A stretch of DNA of 64,000 nt from assembly GCA_963851265.1 (NCBI GenBank), contig CAWKNZ010000002.1, positions 544,001 to 608,000 of the forward strand, given 5' to 3'. A program made the translations under genes and the position numbers. The notes beneath the pieces were generated by a model. It worked only from the letters and a program-made list of their open reading frames with translations, had not been told where the DNA came from and did not search any database. The DNA comes from an uncultured Gemmatimonadales bacterium (GTDB lineage Bacteria; Gemmatimonadota; Gemmatimonadetes; Gemmatimonadales; Gemmatimonadaceae). This document shows, one piece after another, positions 20,192-30,052 of the stretch (positions within the stretch are counted from its first letter, which is position 1; each line of letters begins with the position of its first letter).

Positions 20192-20945
20192 TCCCCGCGG
20201 GAGCATCGGAGGCGCTGCGTTCATCGCGCCGCGATGCGGCGGGGCACCCGAGCGCCGCGTGCGTCGCGCACTGCGGCCGGACGGGGCACAGTTCGCAACG
20301 CCGCACCCGAGCCGTGCAGACGATCGCGCCGAGTTCCATCAGCGCCTGGTTGTGCGTCCAGGCGGCGCGGCCGGTCCGCGGTAAAATGATTTCGGCGAGG
20401 CGCCAGATCCGCGCGAGGTCGCGCGGCCGCTTGGGGTCAAGCTCGGGTGCGAATACGCGCGCGAGCACCCGGCCGACGTTCGTGTCGACGAGCGCGGTAC
20501 GGCGTTCGTAGGCGAAGCTGGCCACGGCGCCCGCGGTGTACGCGCCGACGCCCGGCAGTTGCCGGAGAGCCGCGGGTTCGGCGGGGATGTCGCCGTGGCC
20601 GGAAGCGTTGGTCACCTGGCGCGCGAGCGCGTGCAGATTGCGGGCGCGCGCGTAATACCCGAGGCCGGCCCACGCGCCGGTCACGTGCTCGACCGGGGCT
20701 TCGGCCACGTGGCCTAACGTGGGGAAGCGCTCGAGGAATCGCGCGTAGTAGTCGACCACGCGCGCGACCTGAGTTTGCTGGAGCATGAATTCCGAGACGA
20801 TGACGCGGTACGGGTCGCGCGTCTGGCGCCACGGCAGGTCCCGGCCCGACTGGCGGAACCACGCGCGCAGGCGGCGGCCGAAGGCCTGGGCTCGGACGGC
20901 GTCGATCGCGGGCTCGTCGCCCGGGCGGACGCCGCGTCGGCTCAC
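20097..20945 (-). CDS. mutY: A/G-specific adenine glycosylase (short form)
   Basis: DLPWR, VSEFMLQQT, WAGLGYYARARN, HhH LPGVGAYTA, VDTNV, 4Fe-4S C-x6-C-x2-C-x5-C; GTG overlaps the upstream stop. Confidence 0.9.
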   Translation of the reverse strand: MSRRGVRPGDEPAIDAVRAQAFGRRLRAWFRQSGRDLPWRQTRDPYRVIVSEFMLQQTQVARVVDYYARFLERFPTLGHVAEAPVEHVTGAWAGLGYYARARNLHALARQVTNASGHGDIPAEPAALRQLPGVGAYTAGAVASFAYERRTALVDTNVGRVLARVFAPELDPKRPRDLARIWRLAEIILPRTGRAAWTHNQALMELGAIVCTARVRRCELCPVRPQCATHAALGCPAASRRDERSASDAPAGTTPAGRRPSPTPPHPTNSRRRNPRRERADQP

Positions 20946-21565
20946 GCCGGCTCGGAGGCCTGAGCGGCGCCGGGCACCCGCTTCACGACACGCGCCGGGT
21001 TTCCGGCGATGATCGAGTCCGCCGGGTACGTACCGGCGCAGACGGCCCCGTAGCCCACGACCGAGTTGCGCCCGATGCGCGTTCCGGGCAGGACCCCCAC
21101 GGCGGAGCCGAGCCACACGTTCTCGTCGAGCACGACCGGCGAGACGCGGACGGGGGCGTCCGGGTTGTGCCGGTCGACGTGCGTGCTGTGGGCGTTCGTG
21201 TCGGCGATCGACGCGTCGCTCAGGATCGCGCGCGGGCCGATCGTGATACGTTCGCTGCAGCCGAACCGCGTACCGTTGAGGTAGCTGTGGCTGCCGATCT
21301 CGATGACGGCGTCGCGCGTGTTGGTCCACGGCGTGACGACGCGTTCGATGTTGACGTGGTCGCCGAACACGACGCGGCCGGGCCCGCGGATGACGAGTCG
21401 GCCCGCGACGCGGAAGTGCTTGCCCGCCGACACGCGACGGCCGAGCGCCCTACACCAGAGAATCGTCCATCGACCGCGGGCCAGTGCGACGACTTCTGTT
21501 ATCGCCGCACCCGGGTTGGCGAGCCCTTTCCTGAACTTCGATCGCTTCGGTCGAACGTTGCTCAC
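20942..21565 (-). CDS. Hexapeptide-repeat (LbH) acyltransferase, copy 3
   Basis: ITIGPRAIL, DTNAH, ENVWLG, PGTRIGRNSVVG, AGNPARVVK. Confidence 0.88.
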   Translation of the reverse strand: MSNVRPKRSKFRKGLANPGAAITEVVALARGRWTILWCRALGRRVSAGKHFRVAGRLVIRGPGRVVFGDHVNIERVVTPWTNTRDAVIEIGSHSYLNGTRFGCSERITIGPRAILSDASIADTNAHSTHVDRHNPDAPVRVSPVVLDENVWLGSAVGVLPGTRIGRNSVVGYGAVCAGTYPADSIIAGNPARVVKRVPGAAQASEPA

Positions 21566-22845
21566 TGCACCGTCTTGGTTTTGCGCCGCAGGAAGTCCAT
21601 CAGCACGAACTGGCCTAACGTCATCGTGCTCGTGAAGTACGCCTTCCCCCGCGCGATCTCGCTCACCCGCTTCACGAACTCGACGAGCGACCGGTCGCGC
21701 GCGAGCATGAACGTGTTGATCATGATCCCCGCCCGCCGGCAGTCGGCGACCTCCTTCAGCGTCTCGGCCAGCACGCCCGCGTCGAGTCCCATCGGATTCT
21801 TGTAGATCATCCCGTTCGGCAGCGTGAGCGCGCTCGGCTTGCCGTCGGTGATCATCACGATCTGGCGCATGTCCTTCTTCTGCGCCTGCAGGATGCGCCG
21901 GGCGAGTTTCAGGCCCTCGGCGGTGTTCGTGTGGTACGGGCCGACCTGCGCGTGCGCGAGCTGCGAGATCGGGATCTCTTCGGCCGAATCGTGGAAGAGC
22001 ACCACGCGGACCGTGTCTCCGGGAAACTGCGTGCGGATCAGGTGCGCCAGCGCGAGGGCGACCTTCTTGGCCGGGGTGAAGCGGTCCTCGCCGTAGAGAA
22101 TCATCGAGTGCGACGTGTCGAGCATGAGCACCGTCGCGCAGCTCGAGCGGTACTCGGCCTGGCGCACCATGAGGTCCGGGTAGTCGAGGTCCATCGGGAC
22201 CTCGATCTTGCCCGTGCGCGCGAGCGAGTTCTTGAGCGTCTCGTTGATGTCGAGGTTCATCACGTCGCCGAACTCGTACGGCTTGCTGAAGCCGTCGCTC
22301 TCGATGCCCGTCGACAGGTACGGCGTGTCGTGGCTGCCGACGCTGCTCTTCCCGAGGCTGCCTAACAGGTGGCGGAGCGTCTTGTAGCCGAGGAAGTCGA
22401 TGCCCTTGTCCGTGAGGTTGAACTGGACGTCCTTGCTCGCCGCGTGGCCGACCGAGCCCTTGCCCGTGACCGGCTGCTGCGCGCCGGGCATCTGCGGGGC
22501 GGGGCCGTCGGTCTTGAGGAACCCCTCGCTCACGAGGCGCTGCACGAGCTGGTCGAGCAGTTCGGCGAGCTTGGCGTTCGCGTCGTCGTCGCCGTCGCCG
22601 CGGAGCGCCTCGAGCATCTCCGGGGTGAACTGGCCGCTCTCGAGCAGGGCGTCGAGGATGGCCTGCTTCAGCCCGTCGAGCGACCGGTCGGCATCCTCGC
22701 CCGTCTCACCCCAGAACGGGTGCGACTGCGCACCGCCGGCGAAGCCGGAGTCGAGCAGGAAACCGGCGAGCTTGTCGAGCAGCGACTGCAGGTCGACCGC
22801 GTCGGCGATCTCGGGGCTGTACTTCGTGTACGTGTGGAAACGCAT
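21562..22845 (-). CDS. VWA domain-containing protein
   Basis: MIDAS-like [18 protein letters not shown]. Confidence 0.9.
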   Translation of the reverse strand: MRFHTYTKYSPEIADAVDLQSLLDKLAGFLLDSGFAGGAQSHPFWGETGEDADRSLDGLKQAILDALLESGQFTPEMLEALRGDGDDDANAKLAELLDQLVQRLVSEGFLKTDGPAPQMPGAQQPVTGKGSVGHAASKDVQFNLTDKGIDFLGYKTLRHLLGSLGKSSVGSHDTPYLSTGIESDGFSKPYEFGDVMNLDINETLKNSLARTGKIEVPMDLDYPDLMVRQAEYRSSCATVLMLDTSHSMILYGEDRFTPAKKVALALAHLIRTQFPGDTVRVVLFHDSAEEIPISQLAHAQVGPYHTNTAEGLKLARRILQAQKKDMRQIVMITDGKPSALTLPNGMIYKNPMGLDAGVLAETLKEVADCRRAGIMINTFMLARDRSLVEFVKRVSEIARGKAYFTSTMTLGQFVLMDFLRRKTKTVQ

Positions 22846-23009
22846 CGACGGCGGCTCGCGACGGGGGCGGAAAGGCGAGAACGGAAGCTACTGCGTGCTA
22901 CCCGGGTGCGGCGCGGAGGTGCGGCGGGCGGCAAGACCGCCGCTGCGCGCGGAGGATCGCGGACCGCTGCAGTCGCGTTTCCGCGTCGCGCCGGGGACCC
23001 GCGCGGTGG

Positions 23010-25724
23010 TCAGACCTCGGCGGGTTGCGCGCCGAGGACCGCACCGACGCGGTGCACGAGCATTTCGGGAGTGAAGGGCTTCGGCAGGAACGCGACGGTG
23101 TCGGCCGATACGCCGCGGTGGAGGACCTCGTCCTCCGTGTACCCAGAGGTGAACAGGACCCGAGTGTCGGGACGTTCCTGAGCGAGTGCTTCGGCCAGTT
23201 CGCGGCCGCTCATGCCGGGCATGACGACGTCGGTGAGGAGCAGGTCGATGGGGCCGCGGTGCGTGCGCGCGACCGCCAGCGCCTGCATGCCCTCCTCCGC
23301 CACGAGCACACGGTAGCCGTTGCGCGTGAGTGCCTCGCGCGCGATGGTGCGCACGGTGCGCTCGTCCTCGACGAGGAGCACCGTCGTCGGCGTGTCGTGG
23401 GCGTCGCGCAGCGGCGCACCCACGTAGACGCCGTGTGCGGGCGTGCTTCCCTGGCGCCCCGGCGCCGCGGCGACGCGCGGCAGGTAGAGCGCGAATGTAC
23501 TGCCCACGCCGGGCACGCTCGTCACGCGCACGACGCCGCCGGCCTGCGTGACGATGCCGTACACGGTCGCGAGCCCGAGCCCGGTGCCCTTGCCGCGCGC
23601 CTTGGTGGTGAAGAACGGTTCGAAGATCCGGGCCTGCGTGGCGTCGTCCATGCCGACCCCCGTATCGCTGACCGCGAGCCGCACCCAGGGTCCGGTCGCG
23701 ACGCCGGGGTGCTTGGGGTCGGGCGCGTGGACGTCGATGTCGGAAACCCGCACGCCGAGCGTGCCGCCCGCGGGCATCGCGTCGCGCGCGTTGAGCACGA
23801 GATTCATCACCACCTGCTCGAGCTGGCCGCGGTCGGCGAGCACGCGGCCGACCGCCACGTCATGCGCGGGCCGCGCGTCGAGCCGCACGTCCTCGCCGAT
23901 CACGCGGGCGAGCATGGGCTGGAGCTCGGCGACGACGTCGGCGGGCGAGAGGAGCGTGAACTGCGTGACGTGGCCGCGGCTGAAGCTGAGAATCTGGCCG
24001 GTGAGCGCGGCGGCCCGGCGCGCGGAGTCGCGGATCATGGCCATGTCCTCGCGGACGGGCGAGTCGTGCGGGAGGTCCGACAGGGCCAGGTCGCAGGCGC
24101 CGAGGATGCCGGTGAGAAGGTTGTTGAAATCGTGCGCGATTCCGCCGGCGAAGCGACCGAGCGCCTCCATCTTCTGACCGCGCCGCAGCTGCTCCTGCGA
24201 CTCCGCGAGGGCACGCTCGGCTTCGCGGCGCGCGGTGACGTCGACCGCGACGGAGAGGCGTGCGGGGCGGCCCTCGTACTCGGTACCGGCGGTGTAGACC
24301 TCGGCGTCGAACTCCGTTCCGTCGCGCCGCAGGTGCCGCCAGACGCGCGCCGCGCGACGCGAGCCCACCGAGGGCGGGGGCGGCCACACGGCGGCCTCGG
24401 CGAGAAACGTGGGGCGCTCGGGTTCGGGGCGCAGGTCGAGGAGGTTTCGGCGCGTGAACTCCTCGCGGTGGTACCCGTACTGCGCGACGGCCGCGTCGTT
24501 CGCCGCGAGGATCTCGTAGGTCGCCACGTCGGCCAGATACATCGGGAGCGGCGACGACTCGAACAACGAACGGTAGCGTTGTTCGCTGCGGTGCAGCTCC
24601 GCGGTGCGCGCGGTGATGGTCGCGGCCATTTCGCTGAACGTCGCGGCGAGCGTCCCGAGTTCGCCGGGGAGGTGATCGGGCGTGCGGCGCGAGTAGTCGC
24701 CTGCGGCGAGCGCCGTCGCGTCGGCCGCGAGATCGCCGAGCGGACGGGTGATGCGGCGCGCCGCGACGATGGCGAGGAGGATCGCCACGGCGAAGGTGAT
24801 CGCGTCGAGTGCGACGTCGCGCCGCAGGTCTTTGGCGATCGGGGCGAGGGCGGCCGACGTGGGAAGGGCGACGTACACGCGCCACGGGAGCACGCGAGGA
24901 CGGACGGCTGCGACGAGCCGGCCATCCCCCGCGTCGTGCTCGTCGTCGATGAACACGCCGTCAATGCCGTCGAGCGCGCGCGGGGGGTGCATCAGCTCGG
25001 CGATGGGGCGGCCGATCCAGCCTGGCGCGGTCGGTACGCGCGACGCGATCAAGCCGCGCGCGTCGGCGAGAACGATCGACGATCCCTGCGGCAGTCCTTC
25101 GGTATCCAGCGTCCGTCCGAGCGTGGCGAGGTGCACGGTGCCGAGGACGACGCCCCGAACCCGTGCCGCACCGGGCTGACCGACCGACGCCACGACGGGC
25201 TGCGCGAAGATCACCGAACGAACTCCCGTGTCCGGGCGCGCCTGTACCGGATCCGCGACGACGAGGCGGCCGGTGGCGACCGCCTGCTGGAAGTACGGAC
25301 GGTCTGCGGCGTTGACCGCGGCGCGGGCGGGGATCGGTCGGTGGGAGGTGCCGATGTTGGCACCCGACCGCGTTTGCACCCACAGGTTGGTGACGACCGG
25401 CTCGGGGATCGCGCTCTTGATGGCGAGCAGCAGCGAGTCGTTGACGGCCGTTCCCGCGCTGTCGGTGCGCACCTGCGGCGCGAGCGCGACCAGCAGCGTC
25501 TCGATGATGCGAGCGCGCTCGTCGAGGCGGCTGGCGACGTGGCGCGCCGTCTCGAGCGCGCGCGATTCGGCCGCGGCGCGCGCCTCGACGGCGCGGGTGT
25601 GCGCGCGCGACGCCGTGAGCACGATGAACGGGGCGGTCGCGCCGCCGGCCAGGAGGATGAGTCCCATGCGGACGGTCGGGCCATGCCGCCGCGCGCCACG
25701 GACGTCGCGGACGGCTCGCGCCAT
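23010..25724 (-). CDS. Hybrid sensor kinase (Cache-like, HAMP, PAS, HisKA, HATPase, receiver)
   Basis: Two TMs, ITRPL HAMP, PAS, GIAHDFNNLLT, NARDAM, FEPFFTTK, GTGLGL, receiver DVVMP/KPF; start uncertain (up to 25877). Confidence 0.92.
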   Translation of the reverse strand: MARAVRDVRGARRHGPTVRMGLILLAGGATAPFIVLTASRAHTRAVEARAAAESRALETARHVASRLDERARIIETLLVALAPQVRTDSAGTAVNDSLLLAIKSAIPEPVVTNLWVQTRSGANIGTSHRPIPARAAVNAADRPYFQQAVATGRLVVADPVQARPDTGVRSVIFAQPVVASVGQPGAARVRGVVLGTVHLATLGRTLDTEGLPQGSSIVLADARGLIASRVPTAPGWIGRPIAELMHPPRALDGIDGVFIDDEHDAGDGRLVAAVRPRVLPWRVYVALPTSAALAPIAKDLRRDVALDAITFAVAILLAIVAARRITRPLGDLAADATALAAGDYSRRTPDHLPGELGTLAATFSEMAATITARTAELHRSEQRYRSLFESSPLPMYLADVATYEILAANDAAVAQYGYHREEFTRRNLLDLRPEPERPTFLAEAAVWPPPPSVGSRRAARVWRHLRRDGTEFDAEVYTAGTEYEGRPARLSVAVDVTARREAERALAESQEQLRRGQKMEALGRFAGGIAHDFNNLLTGILGACDLALSDLPHDSPVREDMAMIRDSARRAAALTGQILSFSRGHVTQFTLLSPADVVAELQPMLARVIGEDVRLDARPAHDVAVGRVLADRGQLEQVVMNLVLNARDAMPAGGTLGVRVSDIDVHAPDPKHPGVATGPWVRLAVSDTGVGMDDATQARIFEPFFTTKARGKGTGLGLATVYGIVTQAGGVVRVTSVPGVGSTFALYLPRVAAAPGRQGSTPAHGVYVGAPLRDAHDTPTTVLLVEDERTVRTIAREALTRNGYRVLVAEEGMQALAVARTHRGPIDLLLTDVVMPGMSGRELAEALAQERPDTRVLFTSGYTEDEVLHRGVSADTVAFLPKPFTPEMLVHRVGAVLGAQPAEV

Positions 25725-26052
25725 CCCTCGCCGGATCCACGAAGCGGATGCGGGGCGGGCACCGCGTCCGTCCTGGAGAGCGGAGGCTTCGGGCACCCGT
25801 GAGGCGTGAGGCGCCGCCGAGCGACTCGGCGGGATTTCGGAGGGCACGATGGCAGCGACTTCTGAGCGGGCCGGCACGCGACGGCAACGCCGTGGCGAAC
25901 ACGCCGATGCTCAGAAGCGAGTCACCAGCGTCGTGGGCGCGACATGGAACCGCGCCCGTCGCGATGCGCTCGCGCCCCGGCGGTGAGCACCGCCGGGGCG
26001 CGACGAGGTCGCGTTGGGGTCAAACGTACAGATCAGACGGGCGTCGCGCGCC

Positions 26053-27537
26053 TCAGGAACCGAACAGGTCCTCGCCCGGGCGGCGACGCTTTTCGGATAC
26101 CGCGCGGCCGTACTGCCCGCGGTCGTTGCGCGAGATCTTGCGCCGCGCGACGAGCGCTTCGAGCACCAGCTCGCACGCGGCCGCAGTCGCCCCGGGATCG
26201 TCGGGGGTCGCGAGACCCGTCCGGTGGACGATGTCGAGGAGCTGCGGCACCGCGCTGAACGCCTGGGCGACGAGCGTGGAGGGCTGCTCGTCGTCGACCT
26301 GGAGCGCGCCGCCCTCGTCGAACCAGATGATGACCTGGTCGAGGTTGGGCGTACCCGCGCGGGCCTTGAGCGTGGCGTCGGCCGCGCGCCGGATCAGCTC
26401 GCGCGCGATGGAGGCGCCGCCGACGAGTTCGCCTTCGTACTCGAGTTCGAGCTTGCCGGTGATCGCGGGCAGCGCGGCGAAGATGTCGGCGATGCGTGGG
26501 ACGACCTCGGTCTCGCCGGTGCGCACGGCACGCCGCTCCGCGTTGCTCACCACGTTCTCCATGACCGTGATGGGCATGCGCTGCGAGACGCCCGAGCGCT
26601 TGTCCACGCGCTTGTCGCCGCGCGCCTCGAACGCAACGCGCTCGATGACCTCGGAGACGAGCTCGGGAACGCGCACGGCGCGCGCGAACTCGTCGCGGGT
26701 TTCGCCCGCGCCCTGGCGCGCGGTCCACGCCTCCTGCTGCGTGATCGCCATCCCGAGCTCGACCTCTTCGGGGTAGTGGGTCACGATCTCGGAGCCGATG
26801 CGGTCCTTGAGCGGCGTGATGATCTTGCCGCGGGCCGTGTAGTCCTCGGGGTTGGCGGTGAAGCAGAGGAGGACGTCGAGCGGGAGGCGCACGGGGTAGC
26901 CCTTAATCTGGACGTCCCCCTCCTGCATGATGTTGAACAGGCCCACCTGCACCTTGCCGGCGAGGTCGGGAAGTTCGTTGAGGGCGAAGATGCCGCGGTT
27001 GGCGCGCGGCAGCATGCCATACTGGATGGTGAGCTCGTCGGAGAGCAGGTGCCCGCCGCGCGCGGCCTTGATCGGGTCGACGTCGCCGATGATGTCGGCG
27101 ATGGTCACGTCGGGGGTGGCGAGCTTCTCGACGAAGCGCATGTCGCGGTCGACCCAGGCGATGGGCGTGTCGTCGCCCTGCTCGGCGATGAGCTGCTTGC
27201 CGAACTTGCTGATGGGCCGGAACGGGTCGTCGTTGACCTCGCTCCCGGCCAGCACGGGCATTTCGGGGTCGAGGAGGGTGACGAGCGCGCGCAGGATGCG
27301 GCTCTTGGCCTGCCCGCGGAGGCCTAACAGGATGAAGTTGTGTCGCGAGAGCAGGGCGTTGACGATCTGCGGCATGACGGTGTCCTCGTAACCGAGGACG
27401 CCTTCGAAGAGCGGGCCGCCGGCGGCGAGGCGGGCGAGCAGGTTGCGGCGCAGTTCGTCCTTCACGGAGCGCGCGCGGCGCTCGGCATACCCGGCGGCGC
27501 GCAGGGCGCCGAGGGTGTTGGGCAGCGTGGTCGTCAC
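26053..27537 (-). CDS. AAA+ ATPase, Mg-chelatase ChlI-like family (likely VWA partner)
   Basis: Walker A variant GLRGQAKS, RANRGIFALNELPDL, TANPEDYT, PLKDRIG; GTG start at 27537. Confidence 0.85.
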   Translation of the reverse strand: MTTTLPNTLGALRAAGYAERRARSVKDELRRNLLARLAAGGPLFEGVLGYEDTVMPQIVNALLSRHNFILLGLRGQAKSRILRALVTLLDPEMPVLAGSEVNDDPFRPISKFGKQLIAEQGDDTPIAWVDRDMRFVEKLATPDVTIADIIGDVDPIKAARGGHLLSDELTIQYGMLPRANRGIFALNELPDLAGKVQVGLFNIMQEGDVQIKGYPVRLPLDVLLCFTANPEDYTARGKIITPLKDRIGSEIVTHYPEEVELGMAITQQEAWTARQGAGETRDEFARAVRVPELVSEVIERVAFEARGDKRVDKRSGVSQRMPITVMENVVSNAERRAVRTGETEVVPRIADIFAALPAITGKLELEYEGELVGGASIARELIRRAADATLKARAGTPNLDQVIIWFDEGGALQVDDEQPSTLVAQAFSAVPQLLDIVHRTGLATPDDPGATAAACELVLEALVARRKISRNDRGQYGRAVSEKRRRPGEDLFGS

Positions 27538-27622
27538 AAAAGGGGGCGAGAGAGGACGGTGCGCGAGGGCGGACGCGAGAACCCCGTGCTTTCGCGCAAG
27601 AGTGTGCAACGCTTCGCGCGGC

Positions 27623-27650
27623 TTGACACGTTTCCGGGGGTCCGTAACTT
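27623..27650 (+). promoter_or_regulatory. Candidate sigma-70 promoter for the small lipoprotein gene
   Basis: TTGACA-N16-TAACTT in a divergent intergenic region. Confidence 0.65.
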
Positions 27651-27766
27651 CTCGGTGCCGAACCCGAGCGCGACAGCCACCAAATCTACGGCGGCCGGTC
27701 ACTCGGAGCGTGGCGTGTTCATCCCCGTACGCGCCCGATACCCCCGATTCTCTTTAGGAGATCCTG

Positions 27767-28024
27767 ATGAAGCGCTTCGCTTTCGCCGCCGCTGCGGTGG
27801 TGCTCGCTGCTTGTTCGACGAAGGAACAGACCCCGGCCGCCGATACGGCTGCCCCCGCGATGACCCCGGCTCCGGCCGCGGGCGCGACCGGCGCCGCCGC
27901 CGGCACGGACAGCACGGCGATGAAGGCCGCGAACAAGATGGACACGGCCGCGAAGAAGATGGACAGCGCCGCGTCGAAGATGAACGACACGGCCATGAAG
28001 GGCGGGATGAAGAAGACCCCGTGA
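27767..28024 (+). CDS. Small Ala/Met/Lys-rich lipoprotein (85 aa)
   Basis: AGGAG RBS, signal peptide with LAAC lipobox, own promoter and downstream hairpin. Confidence 0.85.
   Translation: MKRFAFAAAAVVLAACSTKEQTPAADTAAPAMTPAPAAGATGAAAGTDSTAMKAANKMDTAAKKMDSAASKMNDTAMKGGMKKTP
27926..27988 (+). repeat. Three imperfect 21-bp tandem repeats in the lipoprotein gene
   Basis: gccgcgaacaagatggacacg / gccgcgaagaagatggacagc / gccgcgtcgaagatgaacgac encode AANKMDT-AAKKMDS-AASKMND. Confidence 0.85.
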
Positions 28025-28058
28025 TTCTGGGGTAAGGCACGGGTCGCTCCGGCGACCG

Positions 28059-28090
28059 AGAGGGGCGACGAGCAATCGTCGCCCCTCTTT
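28059..28090. terminator. Probable intrinsic terminator between convergent genes
   Basis: Perfect 13-bp stem AGAGGGGCGACGA / TCGTCGCCCCTCT with GCAA loop and a short T run. Confidence 0.8.
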
Positions 28091-28096
28091 GCGTCG

Positions 28097-29248
28097 TCAC
28101 TCCTCGCGCGTGCTACCGGCGAACGGCAGCGTGGCGACGGTGACGCCGCGTTCGGCGGGGCCGTCGTCGGCGGTCCAGCGCGCGCGAAGCGTGGCGCCGA
28201 GCTCGACTTCGCGGCGCACCATGCCGATGGCCACGCCGCCGAGACGCGGAGAGATGGCGCTACTCCGGACCTCGCCGACGACCTTGTCGGCGTCATCGAC
28301 GAGCTCGGCGCTGCGCGGGACGGCGGCCTCATCGGGTGGGTAGGCGATGCCGCGCAGATGCCGGTTCACGTGGCCGCGGAAGTGGATGCGCGCCACGACT
28401 TCCTGTCCGGTGTAGCAACCTTTCACGTACGAGATCGCGTGGAGTGCATCGAGGTTGGCCTCCTGCGGGATCGTCGTCTCGTCGATGTCGACGCCCCATT
28501 CGGGGTAGCCCGCTTCGATGCGTGCGATGGTGTACGCGTCGTCGCTTCCAACGACCACGCCGGCTACGGCGTGGCGCACGCGTTCCCACGCCGCGTCGTA
28601 TTGCTCGAGCGGCGCGATCACGAGGAATCCGTCGAGCCCGAGATCCGGCACGCGGGCCACGAGCAGCGGCGCACCCGCGAACGCGATCGTCGCGTGTGCG
28701 TACTCCGGAAGCGCCGCGACGGCCGCCGGCGGCGCGCCAAACGCTTCTGCGACGGCGTCGCGCGCGCGTACGCCGTAGACGCCGAACGCGCGCAGGCTCT
28801 CGTGCTCGCGGCGGTAGGGCGCCGAGCGCGGGTTGACGAATTTCCGAATCAACGCGCTCCAGCCTTCCGCCGCACGCGGCGGCACGTCGACGACGAGCCC
28901 GACGCCGTCGAGCCAGTTGGTGCCCGACCCGGGGTCGCACGCGAACACGCGCACGTCGGCGGTGATGCGGCCCTTGGGCGTGAGGGCGGCGGCGTAGCAG
29001 CCGAGGTCGGGGGCGAGCCCTGCGACGTCGTTCGTCACGAGCCCGGTCACGGTTTCGGCTGCCTTGGGGCCGCGGAACGTCCAGAGATCGCGCGCGCCGT
29101 GCGATACGAGGAGGGCGCCGGTGCGTAGCGCCGCGTACTGCGTGGCAACGTCGGGGTCGCGCTGGGCGAGCGTCCCGAGCGCGTGCGGCACGCCGTGGCT
29201 GCGGGCGGCGGAGATCGGGATGACGGCGGACTCGGAGGGATCGCTCAT
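28097..29248 (-). CDS. ygfZ: Folate-binding YgfZ/GcvT-domain protein
   Basis: Signature KGCYTGQEVVAR, GLVTNDV, LTPKGR; ATGA overlap start. Confidence 0.9.
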   Translation of the reverse strand: MSDPSESAVIPISAARSHGVPHALGTLAQRDPDVATQYAALRTGALLVSHGARDLWTFRGPKAAETVTGLVTNDVAGLAPDLGCYAAALTPKGRITADVRVFACDPGSGTNWLDGVGLVVDVPPRAAEGWSALIRKFVNPRSAPYRREHESLRAFGVYGVRARDAVAEAFGAPPAAVAALPEYAHATIAFAGAPLLVARVPDLGLDGFLVIAPLEQYDAAWERVRHAVAGVVVGSDDAYTIARIEAGYPEWGVDIDETTIPQEANLDALHAISYVKGCYTGQEVVARIHFRGHVNRHLRGIAYPPDEAAVPRSAELVDDADKVVGEVRSSAISPRLGGVAIGMVRREVELGATLRARWTADDGPAERGVTVATLPFAGSTREE

Positions 29249-29970
29249 CGGCGCGGGACGGACAGGAGCTGGACGGAGGCAAGGCGCGGCGGGAACTCCG
29301 CATCGACTGCGGTGCGGACCCCAGCGAGAGTCAGGCCGCGGACCGGAACGTCGCGCCCGACGAGCACGGGGCTCGCACCCGACTGACGTGCCGCGTCGAA
29401 ACCGGTGCGGCCTGCCACGAGTGCCGCGACCGTATCCGACGGACCGCGCGGTCCTACCGGCCGCGCTACCGCGAGCGTGTTTCCGCGCCGCGTGCGCGCG
29501 ACTGCGTGGCGATAGCGGCCCAGCGCCGTGGTGAAGCCGGCGCCGTCGTCGCAGGCCGCAATGAACCGGACGTGCTCGAGAAGCCCGGCGTGGGCCAGCA
29601 CACGCTCCGCGTCGTTGCGGCGCCATGCGGTCACCACGCCGAGCCGGCACTCCGCCGCGAGTGTCCGCACGGCGTCGGCTGCGCCGTCGACGAGGGTGAC
29701 CCCGGCTGCGATCCGGGTCGCGTACTCGCGTTCGGCGCGCAGGGCGGCGAGCGCGAGAGCGGTCTCATCACCGGCGCCGATGGGGGCACCGTCGCTCGTG
29801 CGGGCACGCGCGACCGCATGCACGAAATCATCGACGGTCGACGAGACGTCGTCGTCGGCCACGACCGTTTCCGGGGTGGGCTCGCCGAGCGCCGCAGCGA
29901 CTGCCTCGGCGCGCGCGAGTCGCGTGTCGACCACAACTCCGTCGAGTTCGATCAGCACGGACGCGATCAT
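29245..29970 (-). CDS. HAD-like protein with degenerate catalytic motif
   Basis: VLIELDGVVVDT (motif I with Glu), LVDGA, LGVVT. Confidence 0.65.
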   Translation of the reverse strand: MIASVLIELDGVVVDTRLARAEAVAAALGEPTPETVVADDDVSSTVDDFVHAVARARTSDGAPIGAGDETALALAALRAEREYATRIAAGVTLVDGAADAVRTLAAECRLGVVTAWRRNDAERVLAHAGLLEHVRFIAACDDGAGFTTALGRYRHAVARTRRGNTLAVARPVGPRGPSDTVAALVAGRTGFDAARQSGASPVLVGRDVPVRGLTLAGVRTAVDAEFPPRLASVQLLSVPRR

Positions 29971-30052
29971 GCGGACAGTCTACACCATGCGTCGCAGGTC
30001 ACATGCAGCAGACGGATTATTCTGCCGGTGACGGACGTCACCGATTAGCCGC

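Noticed and set aside
23025..25802. Long antisense and alternate-frame ORFs (also 41844..45302, 43456..46995, 53922..56138)
   Set aside because: Arg/Ala/Pro-rich shadows of real genes, expected at this GC content; no motifs.
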